Positions 42,304-50,875 are shown, numbered from the stretch's first letter. The stretch is 64,000 nt of DNA from Spirochaetia bacterium (GCA_965208575.1 CBDBOV010000004.1:1323875-1387874), one strand, 5' to 3'. The notes: a model not told the origin generated them from the sequence alone. A program made the numbers and translations.

Positions 42304-42584
42304 CTCGGCGTCGTCCACGGTGGCCTCCACGGCACCGCGCCGGCTGACTCCGGTCGGGCTACGCCCTCCGTCCGTCAGCGGGGTACAGCATCTCCTCCGC
42401 CCCGTTCGATCCCGACGGCTCCGGTGTCGCAACCTCGTCGCCTACCCCGTCCCGGCGGTGGGGAATTGTCATGACCCTGCCCCGGGCAACGCACCTCGGT
42501 GCAGTTGTCCGGGGCGCCTCGCTCCGTGCGCTCCGCAGCAACCTGCGCGCCGCTCGCGGCGTGGGCGGCATCACCCGGCTCGGC

Positions 42585-42712
42585 AAATGACTTCTGAGCG
42601 TCTCTGACGCCCGTATATCCGTGAGCCAGACGGTCGGCGTCAAGAAATGTCGCCTCAGCCGCGCTGTAAGGCCTCTCCGCGACACGAGGTGGTGTCTGGA
42701 CATCCCCGTGTC
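42585..42712. repeat. Imperfect direct repeat copy B (core 42649-42712)
   Basis: Partner of copy A. Preceded by cggcaaatga, which mirrors the transposase 3' end cggcaaaatga. Confidence 0.88.
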
Positions 42713-43196
42713 ACCAGCACCGAAGTCGCCTCCAGACCCGTCCGCCCCCTCTTCGGTCAGCGACACGACACGGCACCGACCACCTCCCTGCCGTTGACGC
42801 CTCCTCATCCGCGCCGACCAACCAGATACGCCCCCGGTCGCGTTGGTGTGCTTGAATCAACCCGGCCGGTCGCCCAGCAGCCTATCCACTTATCCACAAT
42901 TTATGAGTCTCCCCCCTCGCGCTCCCCCCTCGTTCTCCGCCTCCCTTTCGGTTAGATTCTTACGTGAGGCACGCTCACCGTAAGGTTAGATTTTTACGTG
43001 AGGCAATAGGTACAACTACCCTTCGTGTGGATTGTCAGTGGGGCCAATGAGGCAACCTGCCTTGATGCTCCCGATGCCGCCTGACTCTGCCCATGATCGT
43101 TCGCTTCGGCTTACACTGTGGCTCGTGGCGGACCACACGGCCTACCTGCCCACCCGACCGCCGGAAGTCGCAGCCACGCGTTCTTCGATGGGACCC

Positions 43197-43325
43197 GCCG
43201 CGTTCGCGACGCTCACCATCGAGATGGGACTCCTGGTGCGCGACCGCACTCTCGCTGCGACCACGGTGCTGCACTTCCAGACCCTGATCCAACAGGGCCT
43301 GCTGCACCTGCTGCCGTCTTCGTGA
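43197..43325 (+). pseudogene. 3' fragment resembling the C-terminus of a DrmC-like phospholipase D nuclease
   Basis: AAF..IEMGLLVRDRTLAATTVLHFQTLIQQGLLHLLP-stop resembles the tail that follows the HKD/SAN motif in PLD nucleases. No HKD motif upstream. Confidence 0.4.
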
Positions 43326-43327
43326 AT

Positions 43328-44359
43328 ATGGACCGGGGCGGTCACGACAGCGTGTCACTGTTGCGTGTGCGGGCGCGGATGAACCGGTGTGTGCGGGCGT
43401 TCTTTGAGGAAGCGGGGTTCGTGGAGGTGGAGACGCCGCTGCTGGCGGCGCGGCTGATTCCCGAGCCCTCGATCGGCATCTTTGCCACCGAGCAACACCA
43501 TGCCGACGGCTCCGCCCGCGAGCTGTACCTGACGCCGTCGCCGGAGCTGTGGATGAAGCGGCTGGTGGCGGACGGCATGCCGCGCGTGTACCAGTTGGCG
43601 CGCTGCTTCCGCAACGTGGAGGAGCAGGGACCGTTCCACCGCCGCGAGTTCACGATGCTGGAGTGGTACGCCACCGGCGAGGACTACCACGATGCGCTGG
43701 CGCGCATGGAGCGGCTGTTGGCCGTGCTGCGTGCCGAGTTGGCGGCAGCGAGCGACGGCGGCGGCGTATCCGGATGCGATGGAGGCTCTGGAGGCGACGG
43801 TGAGGCTGCCGCGGCTGCCGGCGCGCGCGCGCAGCGCGTCACGATGGCGCAGTTGTGGCGGGAGGAGGTGGGCTGCGATCCGGCGCACGCGTCGGCGCGG
43901 GACTTGGCGGCACTGGCGCGGCGGCTCGACATCCCGGCCACCGAGTCGGACACCTGGGAGCAACTCTTCAACCGCATCTTTCTGACCCGCGTGGAACCGC
44001 GCATTGCGAAGCGCCACCCGGTGGCGGTGCTCGACTACCCGGCGCGCATCCCGACCCTGGCCGCCACCGCCGGCAACGGCGTGCATGCGCGACGCTGGGA
44101 GCTGTACCTGGGCGGCGTCGAGGTGGCCAACTGCTTCCAGGAGGAGACCGATCCGGGGGCGCTCGGCGAACTGCTGGAGAGCGAGGCTCGGCGCCAGCGT
44201 ACCGCCCGCGTGGTACCGCGCCCGGATCTGGCGCTGGCACAGGCGTTCGGCTCCGTCGCCGCCTGCTCGGGAGTGGCCGTGGGCATAGACCGGCTGTATG
44301 CGCTCCTGCTCGGGTTGCCAGCCATCGCGCCGCTCATGGCGTGCGCCGACACCGGCTGA
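43328..44359 (+). CDS. epmA: EF-P lysine aminoacylase (GenX/PoxA)
   Basis: GFVEVETP, YLTPSPELWMKRL, RCFRN.E..H..EFTMLEWY, RWELY..GVEVAN, CSGVAVGIDRL. Adjacent to efp. Confidence 0.92.
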   Translation: MDRGGHDSVSLLRVRARMNRCVRAFFEEAGFVEVETPLLAARLIPEPSIGIFATEQHHADGSARELYLTPSPELWMKRLVADGMPRVYQLARCFRNVEEQGPFHRREFTMLEWYATGEDYHDALARMERLLAVLRAELAAASDGGGVSGCDGGSGGDGEAAAAAGARAQRVTMAQLWREEVGCDPAHASARDLAALARRLDIPATESDTWEQLFNRIFLTRVEPRIAKRHPVAVLDYPARIPTLAATAGNGVHARRWELYLGGVEVANCFQEETDPGALGELLESEARRQRTARVVPRPDLALAQAFGSVAACSGVAVGIDRLYALLLGLPAIAPLMACADTG

Positions 44360-44449
44360 GCGGCTCGCCGCCGGGCCGTAGCAGCCGGCCGCGGCCGGCT
44401 GCTTGAAGCGCACAGAAGCGCGCGGTTCTGGTATGCTGGGTGCGGAGAC

Positions 44450-45010
44450 ATGGTAAAAGCGGGCGCAGTGGACAAGGGCATGTATCTGCTCGTCAAGGGA
44501 ACTCCCCACCTGGTGACGGAGCGGGAGTTCGTGAATCCGGGCAAGGGGTCGGCATTCGTGCGGCTGAAGCTGAAGAACATTCGCACGGGACTGGTGGTGC
44601 GGCAGGTGAACAAGAGCCAGGAGCAGGTGGAGGACGTGGAGATCGACACCGTGCCGGCGCAGTACCTGTACAGCGACGGCGACGGCTACGTGTTCATGAA
44701 CGCCGAGACCTACGACCAGTTCACGGTGCCGCTGGACGGCCTGGAGGATCGCCGCCACTACCTGCTCGACGGCGAGACCTACCAGATCGTGGTGTGGGAC
44801 GAGACGCCGCTGGACATCAAGCTGCCGATCAAGATGGCGCTGGAGGTGACCGACGCGCCGCACGCCGAGCGCGGCGATACCGCCACCGGCGTAACCAAGG
44901 TGGCCACCACCGCCACCGACCTGAAGGTGAAGGTGCCGCTGTTCATCAAGGATGGAGACCGCATCGTGGTGAACACCGAAACCGGGGAGTATGTCGAGCG
45001 CTCCTCGTAG
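44450..45010 (+). CDS. efp: Translation elongation factor P
   Basis: VNPGKGSAFVR (modifiable Lys), FMNAETYDQ, RGDTATG.TK, VPLFI..GD.I.VNT.TGEY..R. Confidence 0.97.
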   Translation: MVKAGAVDKGMYLLVKGTPHLVTEREFVNPGKGSAFVRLKLKNIRTGLVVRQVNKSQEQVEDVEIDTVPAQYLYSDGDGYVFMNAETYDQFTVPLDGLEDRRHYLLDGETYQIVVWDETPLDIKLPIKMALEVTDAPHAERGDTATGVTKVATTATDLKVKVPLFIKDGDRIVVNTETGEYVERSS

Positions 45011-46322
45011 CGCGCATGATCCGCCCGGGCACGGCGAGCCCTGGCTGCGGGATTACCTGCACAAGTCGGTCTCGTTCACGTTCGCCGGGCATACGCTCCG
45101 GTTCGCACTCTCCCAGTCGCTGTTCAGCAGCTTCGACGTCGACACCGGCTCGCGGCTGCTGCTCGCCAGCGTGGCACAGCAACTGGCCGCCGACCCCGGC
45201 GAGCGCGGCCGCCTGCGCTCGATCCTCGACCTCGGCTGCGGCACCGGCGTGCTCGGCCTGGCGCTGGCCAAGCACTACGCCGCCGACCTGACCGCACGCG
45301 ACCGCGACGCCCTGGCGCTCGCGGTCACCGCCCACAACGCCACCCGCAACGGTGTCGCCTGCCGCACCGCCGGCGGCGTGGACACCGGCAACCTGGACGG
45401 CAGCCGCGAAAGCGGACCCTTCCAACTGGTGGTGTCCAACCTGCCGGCCAAGGCCGGCGAGCCGGTGCTTGCGCACCTGATTGCCGAGGCGGTACGGGTC
45501 ACCGACCCGAGCGGGCGCGTTGCCTTGGTGGTGGTGAGCAACCTGGCCGCGCAGACCCGCCGGCAGCTCGTCGAGGTGGCCGAGTTGATCCACGAGCGCG
45601 AGGGCACCCGCCACACCGTGTTGCACGGCCGCCCGCGTGCCGGCAATGCGACCGCGGCCACCGCGCCGGATGCCCCGTTGGCCGCATACCGGCGCCGCCA
45701 CGCAGAGATGGCCATGGCCGGAATTCCCTATGCGCTGGAGACCTGCTTCGGACTGCCCGACTTCGACCGCCCGAGTCACCTGACCGAGCTGGCCGCCGCA
45801 ACCATGCAGCGCCGCCTCCTCGCTGCCGGGGCGCCCTCCCCGGAAACGATCCTGGTCTGGAACCCCGGTCAGGGCCACCTGCCGGTGTGGCTGGCGCGCG
45901 CCACCGCCGCTGCCACGGCGCCGAACACCGAGCGGCGGCCACGCTTCACCCTGGTGAGCCGCGACGCACTGCAGCTCCTGGCCGCGCGCGCCAACCTCTG
46001 CCGCCGCGACATTCCGCCGGAAGCGGTCGCCTTCCACCACCAGGCGGCGCTGCACCGGACGACCGGCCGCCATGACCTGGCGCTGCTGCGCCCCGACGAC
46101 GATCTGCCGGCCACCGCCCGCGACGGCTTGTTCTCCCAGGTGGAGCCGCTGATGAGTCCCGGCGGGCACGTCGTGCTGTACGGCGGCGCGCCTGCCATGG
46201 CGCCGCTGCTCGCACGCCGCCGCCCGTTCACGCTGGTGCGCGAGGCCCGCCGCCGCGCCCTTCGCGTTGCCATCCTCGGCGCACCGCGCGGCGCCACCTC
46301 CGATACCGATCCACACCGGTAG
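44991..46322 (+). CDS. Class I SAM methyltransferase, RsmC/MTS-like, with a degenerate second domain
   Basis: LFSSFDVDTGSRLLL, ILDLGCGTGVLG, LVVSNLPAKAG. The second half has a decayed WNPGQGH motif I. Confidence 0.78.
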   Translation: MSSAPRSAHDPPGHGEPWLRDYLHKSVSFTFAGHTLRFALSQSLFSSFDVDTGSRLLLASVAQQLAADPGERGRLRSILDLGCGTGVLGLALAKHYAADLTARDRDALALAVTAHNATRNGVACRTAGGVDTGNLDGSRESGPFQLVVSNLPAKAGEPVLAHLIAEAVRVTDPSGRVALVVVSNLAAQTRRQLVEVAELIHEREGTRHTVLHGRPRAGNATAATAPDAPLAAYRRRHAEMAMAGIPYALETCFGLPDFDRPSHLTELAAATMQRRLLAAGAPSPETILVWNPGQGHLPVWLARATAAATAPNTERRPRFTLVSRDALQLLAARANLCRRDIPPEAVAFHHQAALHRTTGRHDLALLRPDDDLPATARDGLFSQVEPLMSPGGHVVLYGGAPAMAPLLARRRPFTLVREARRRALRVAILGAPRGATSDTDPHR

Positions 46323-46471
46323 TTCGTTATGCTCGGGCACGTTAGCTTGGCCACCGGCTGCCTGACGATCCACTCATCCGCGGTCGATGAGACTCCTCAA
46401 CGGCGTTGGGCCTTGCGTGAGCGCCGATACCGTAGTTTGCAAACGCCCCTATCGTGTTGCCCGGTCGGGGC

Positions 46472-46891
46472 TCATATCGTCGCATGGCCAAGAGGGTTGT
46501 GTACCCAGTCCCGTTGCCGCGCCGCGGAGGTGAGAGCTCGCGCCGCGGCTCGTCTGGACGGTTTGTCGGGCAAGGCATTGAAGTCCAGGACCATGTGGTG
46601 CGACCAACCGCATATCGGGGCCTTATTCACTGGCAACTTCTCGCTGGCTGCTTCACCCGCGGTGACGGCAACGACTCCGATTGTTGCCAACCCCTTCGAT
46701 TGGTGATGGAGGTAGGCGCCACTCGCTGATGTCCCACTTCCATTGTCCACCGACGCCTCATAATTCTGCTCCCTGCTCGGGTTGAAAGCCGCGATGCTCA
46801 ACTCACCCTTCACAAACCAGTGGGGATTGACCTGTCGGAGGAGGAGCGTGTCGGTGCTTAGCTGAGAGATTGAAGGCGTTGAATCACCCAC
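46472..46891 (-). CDS. Small ADP-ribosyltransferase-like putative toxin
   Basis: TLLLRQVNP...AFNPS...ASVD...GVVAVT.GE...SHHMVLDF...AR.L..AA..R.W. Start uncertain: GTG 46891, or a non-canonical start at 46861. Confidence 0.55.
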   Translation of the reverse strand: MGDSTPSISQLSTDTLLLRQVNPHWFVKGELSIAAFNPSREQNYEASVDNGSGTSASGAYLHHQSKGLATIGVVAVTAGEAASEKLPVNKAPICGWSHHMVLDFNALPDKPSRRAAARALTSAARQRDWVHNPLGHATI

Positions 46892-47373
46892 TCCCAGTCC
46901 TGCTCGTCGTTGATGTTCAACGAACGTACCGTCTCCACCTTCGTTCGGAGGTGGAAATCGGACCATTCGGCGGGGCTTGTCCCATCAAGGAATACCTCAA
47001 GGACGGCGTTGTAGTTTCCTACCCACCATTCTGCTTGGACATTTCCGTCCCCGGTCGGATAGAGACGCAGTTCGGGTGCGTCGAAAGGGTAGTGGCTGAC
47101 AAGCTGATCTTCCAGATTCGCCAACCCCCTGGGTTCGCAAGCCTTCCCGGATCCGTCCAGCCAACCGTCCTGCAGTTGGCCCAGGTTGCAGATCTGCTCT
47201 CTGATGTCGTCTTCATGCGCCTTGGTCGACCAGATGATGATTTGATGATCCAAGGACGGGTCGAGAGGAACCGTCCCGCCTGCGTCCAAGAGTATCGTGT
47301 CGCCCATCGGAGGTAGTGGAGATTCTGGTCGCACAAAGGGCGGACGATAGCTCGGTGTGACCAAAGAACTCAT
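46858..47373 (-). CDS. Hypothetical acidic protein, putative antitoxin/immunity partner
   Basis: L.QLQDGWLDG.G...YPTGDGNVQAEW...LEV motif; lower GC; ATGA-coupled to the upstream gene. Confidence 0.65.
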   Translation of the reverse strand: MSSLVTPSYRPPFVRPESPLPPMGDTILLDAGGTVPLDPSLDHQIIIWSTKAHEDDIREQICNLGQLQDGWLDGSGKACEPRGLANLEDQLVSHYPFDAPELRLYPTGDGNVQAEWWVGNYNAVLEVFLDGTSPAEWSDFHLRTKVETVRSLNINDEQDWEWVIQRLQSLS

Positions 47374-47720
47374 CGTTGCTCAGCCGTCAATCGTTGGATC
47401 AAGGGCTTCTGCACGGGCTTCTTATCAGGGGAGAGGACGGTCGTCTGGATCTCGTATTCGACGCCCGACTCCAATCCGGATACCTCCACCCCGGAGAAAG
47501 GCAGGACTACGCCGAATATCCAATCTTCTTCCCCGGCCTTCCTGATTCGTATGTCGTAGAGTACCGGCATCGGCAGATTGAATTTGTATCCCTGCTTGGG
47601 GTCGTCGATCTTCCTCAATTCGATGCCCATGAGGGTCAGCTGGAAGGCGCACTTTGCAGGGTCCCAGGAAATGCTCGGCGTGTTCTGAGTGACCGTGCCC
47701 CTGATGGGCCCATCAGCCAT
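47370..47720 (-). CDS. Small cytoplasmic protein with fibronectin type III-like beta pattern
   Basis: YDIRIRKAGEEDW...VEVSGLESGVEYEIQ matches the FN3 Y..R...W...V.GL..G.EY pattern. No signal peptide. AAGGGGGAGG precedes ATG 47720. Confidence 0.6.
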   Translation of the reverse strand: MADGPIRGTVTQNTPSISWDPAKCAFQLTLMGIELRKIDDPKQGYKFNLPMPVLYDIRIRKAGEEDWIFGVVLPFSGVEVSGLESGVEYEIQTTVLSPDKKPVQKPLIQRLTAEQR

Positions 47721-47762
47721 TGGCCTCCCCCTTGGCCGGCGTTGCCCGCTAGCCACCGCCAT

Positions 47763-47775
47763 AGTGTACTACACT
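47763..47775 (-). promoter_or_regulatory. Palindromic operator-like site overlapping a candidate -10 (TACACT) of the three-gene island
   Basis: Perfect inverted repeat AGTGTA-C-TACACT, about 43 bp upstream of ATG 47720. Confidence 0.45.
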
Positions 47776-47845
47776 CGCTCGAAGTTGTGCCGTACTCGCG
47801 CCGCATGGCGACCGCATGGCGCCACGCCGAGGCGTATCGAAGCGC

Positions 47846-50800
47846 TTAGTTGGTGTCGGATTCCGGGGGGAAGTAGTTGGCGGCTTGGGCGGCCCAGGGG
47901 CTGTCGGGGAAGCGCTCCTGGAGCTGGGTCGCGAAGCGGGCGGCGGCCGCGTCGTCGCCGGCATCGCGCCATGCCTCGGCGCCGCGCAGCCATGCTTCGC
48001 CGGCCACTTCTTCGTTGTCCGCGAAGCGGATGGCGGCGGCGCCGTACTCCTCGCCGGCGGCGGCGGGGTCGCCGGAGGCGGCCAGGGAGCGGGCCGCGCC
48101 GAGCGCGCCGCGGCTCGCCACCTCGGTCTCGTCGGCCAGCGCCAGCCCGCGGTAGAGACTGATCGCGCGCGGCCAATCCTCGACCGCCTCGTAGGTGCGC
48201 CCGAGCAGCAGGTAGGCGGCGATGCGCGCAGCGTCGCTGCCCTCCTCCACCACTTCCAGCAGTACCGGCTCCGCGGCGCCGGGGTCGCCGGCGATCAGCG
48301 CCTCGCCGTACGCCAGGCGGGCCGCGTCGGCCGCGGCCGGCGTCGCCTCCACCGAACCCTGCGCCCCGGTGGCGCGGCGGTAGTAGCCGCGCGCCGTGTC
48401 CGCTCCGGCGGCGGCGACGACGGCACGGAAGCGCTCCGCAACCTGCTCGACGCGCGCCCCGGCCGGGTGGTGGTTCAGGTAGTGCCACGCCTGCTCCGCC
48501 ATGGCGGGGATGTCGTCCAGCTCCGCAAGCACCTGCACGACCGAGTAGCGTGCCAGTTCCGCTACCGGGGGTCCGGCTTCCGTGTCGCCCGCGCCGGCGG
48601 CAGCGATTGCCTGCTCGTACGCGGCGATCGCCGGGCGCAACTCGCCGCGCATGCGCAGTGCGTCGGCGAGCTGCAGGCGTCCGATGGCGGCCAGCCGGTG
48701 GCCGGGCTGCGCGGCCGCCAGGCGCTCCAGCCACCCCTCGGCGGCGCGCAGGTCACCGCCGGCAAGCTGCAGCCGGGCCAGTTCGAACTGGATTGCGGGC
48801 CGCAGCGGGTCGCCCGGCGGTACCGCCTCCAGCGCGGCCAGGAACTCCTCCTCGGCGGCGCCACGCTCATTCAAGAGCGCCGACGCCAACCCCGCGCGAT
48901 ACCAGTGCGCACCGCTCTCCCGGTCGGCGGCAAGCCGCCGGAACAGCATGCGCGCCGCCTCCAGGTCGCCGTCACGAAACAGGGCCAGCGCCTGCCAGGT
49001 TCTCGCCAGGGCCGCGGAACCTTCCGCGGCCCCGGCAATCAGCTCTCCTTGCGCCTGGCGCGAGCCGTACGCTACCGCCGCCAGCCCGAACGCCGTGGCG
49101 GCGTCGGCCGGACGCCCCAGCCGGTACAGGGTGGCCGCCTGTGCGAAGTGGGCGGCTGCCAGCCACGACCCGCTCGCCGCGGCCGTGACTTCTTCCAGCA
49201 GCGCCAGCGCCGAGGCGTACTCGCCATTGTTGAAGTGGCTTACCGCCAGCGCGTATCCCGCGCGCCGCCGCAGCTCCCGGTCCTCTCCCGCCTCGTCGAG
49301 GGCGGCGCGGAAAAACGGCGCCGAGCGGGCGAACTCGCCGCGCCGGGCGTACACCGCCCCGATGCGGTACTGGTTCTCGGCGCGCGCTTCCGGCGGCAGC
49401 TCCGCGGCGCTCTTCGCCAGCGTCTCCAGCGCCGTGAGCTCTTCGCCGCTCTCCAGCAGCGCGATACCGCGGCGCTGTTCCTCTGCCGCCGTAAGCCGGC
49501 GCCGTTCGGCGACCTGGCCCAGGACGCGCAACAGCGCCTGCTGGTCGCCGGCGCGCTCCAGCACGTCCATCAGCAGCGCTTCCACGGCGGCGCGGTGTTC
49601 GCTGTCCGGGAACCGGTCCAGGAACTCCTGCAATGCCGCGGCGGCATCCTCGATGCGCTGCTCGCCGGCCAGCAGCACCGCGCGATTGAACAGCGCCACC
49701 TCGGTGAGGCCGGCATCCGGGCCGCTCGCGGCCTCCTCGAAGCTGGCGATCGCCTGCAGCGGCGTGCCGTTCTCCACCTGGGCGAGCGCCAGGTTGACGT
49801 TCAGCACCTGGCGCAACTCGGGCTGCGTGGCACTGCCCAGCCCGCGGTCATAGGCGGCGGCGGCCTCCACCCAGTCGCCGGCCGCCGCCGCCAGGTCGCC
49901 TTGCAGCAGCGCGACGGCCCCGGCAACGGGCGCGGTGCCGGCCCTGGCCGAGGCGGCATCTGCCGCGCCGGCCGCGGCAGCCAGCTCGGCTGCCACCTCC
50001 TGCGCCGCGGCGAGGTTATCCCGATCGAGCAGCAGCCGTGCAAGGCGGAACAGCGCGCCCTGCCGGTGCGCGGCGCCGGGAAACAGTTCCAGGTAGCGCC
50101 GGTAGTCGGCCGCGGCGGCCTCCAGGTCGCCCTGGAAGTACTTGGCCTCGGCAACGAAAAACAGCACGTCGGCCGCCAGCGGCGAGTCGGGGTAATCGCT
50201 CAGAATACGGCGGAAACGGTCGCTCGCCGCCGCGTAGCGGCCGTCCGCCAGGAGCAGCATGCCGGCCCGCTCCAGCCACCGGGCCGGAGCGCCGGGATCG
50301 CTCTCCGCGCCGGCCGCTGTCAGCAGCGCATCGTAGGCCGCACGCGCTTCGTCACGGCGGCCCAACTGCTCGAGCGCACGCGCCTGCGCCTCGCGCGCCG
50401 CGGTCAGGTAGGGCGGCGCCGCGCCGGGGGGTTGATCGACGTGCCGCTGCAGCGCGTCCACGGCCTCGGCCGCGTCGCCGGCGGCCAGCCGTGCGGTGCC
50501 GATCCAATACCAGATCTGGTTTGCGTAGGGAGTATCGGAAAAACGGCGCTGATGGGCGGCGAATCGCTCCGCGGCAAGCCGATAGCCGTCAACGGCACCG
50601 TCGGCGGGGCCGCTCGCGGCGCCGTAGAACAGGCTCAGCGGTTCCAGGAACGAAGCCAGCACCGCCTCGCGCGCTCCCGGCGCACTGCGCACCACGTCGC
50701 GAAAGTGGCGCGCGGCAACATCGTACAAGCCGGCCTCGAATGCCGCTACCCCCTGGTTGTACAGGTCGACCGGGGCGACCTGCGCCACGGCAGCGCTGGT

Positions 50801-50875
50801 GGCCGCCAGGCCGACAATCGCTGCACACAGCACACACAGCGGCGTGGCGCGGCCGCGACGCCGCCCGGCAGCCAC
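47846..50875 (-). CDS. Large exported tetratricopeptide-repeat protein
   Basis: Signal peptide followed by about 1000 aa of TPR helices (for example A..F..IL.DYPDSP, Y..YLE.FP). Abuts clpC. Confidence 0.85.
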   Translation of the reverse strand: MAAGRRRGRATPLCVLCAAIVGLAATSAAVAQVAPVDLYNQGVAAFEAGLYDVAARHFRDVVRSAPGAREAVLASFLEPLSLFYGAASGPADGAVDGYRLAAERFAAHQRRFSDTPYANQIWYWIGTARLAAGDAAEAVDALQRHVDQPPGAAPPYLTAAREAQARALEQLGRRDEARAAYDALLTAAGAESDPGAPARWLERAGMLLLADGRYAAASDRFRRILSDYPDSPLAADVLFFVAEAKYFQGDLEAAAADYRRYLELFPGAAHRQGALFRLARLLLDRDNLAAAQEVAAELAAAAGAADAASARAGTAPVAGAVALLQGDLAAAAGDWVEAAAAYDRGLGSATQPELRQVLNVNLALAQVENGTPLQAIASFEEAASGPDAGLTEVALFNRAVLLAGEQRIEDAAAALQEFLDRFPDSEHRAAVEALLMDVLERAGDQQALLRVLGQVAERRRLTAAEEQRRGIALLESGEELTALETLAKSAAELPPEARAENQYRIGAVYARRGEFARSAPFFRAALDEAGEDRELRRRAGYALAVSHFNNGEYASALALLEEVTAAASGSWLAAAHFAQAATLYRLGRPADAATAFGLAAVAYGSRQAQGELIAGAAEGSAALARTWQALALFRDGDLEAARMLFRRLAADRESGAHWYRAGLASALLNERGAAEEEFLAALEAVPPGDPLRPAIQFELARLQLAGGDLRAAEGWLERLAAAQPGHRLAAIGRLQLADALRMRGELRPAIAAYEQAIAAAGAGDTEAGPPVAELARYSVVQVLAELDDIPAMAEQAWHYLNHHPAGARVEQVAERFRAVVAAAGADTARGYYRRATGAQGSVEATPAAADAARLAYGEALIAGDPGAAEPVLLEVVEEGSDAARIAAYLLLGRTYEAVEDWPRAISLYRGLALADETEVASRGALGAARSLAASGDPAAAGEEYGAAAIRFADNEEVAGEAWLRGAEAWRDAGDDAAAARFATQLQERFPDSPWAAQAANYFPPESDTN

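Larger units (their letters stand above)
39216..43010 (+). mobile_element. Composite IS/transposon with bipartite terminal inverted repeats and 5-bp target duplication
   Basis: Left repeats attgactcatcgaaaatctaacc (39219-39241) and atgcctcatctaaaaatctaacc (39253-39275). Inverted right repeats ggttagattcttacgtgaggcac (42950-42972) and ggttagatttttacgtgaggcaat (42984-43007). Same 11-bp spacer at both ends. TACAA at 39211-39215 and 43011-43015. Confidence 0.8.

Noticed and set aside
40611-42712. Integron with attC cassettes
   Set aside because: There is no tyrosine integrase and the hairpin lacks the RYYYAAC/GTTRRRY boxes; kept only as an analogy.
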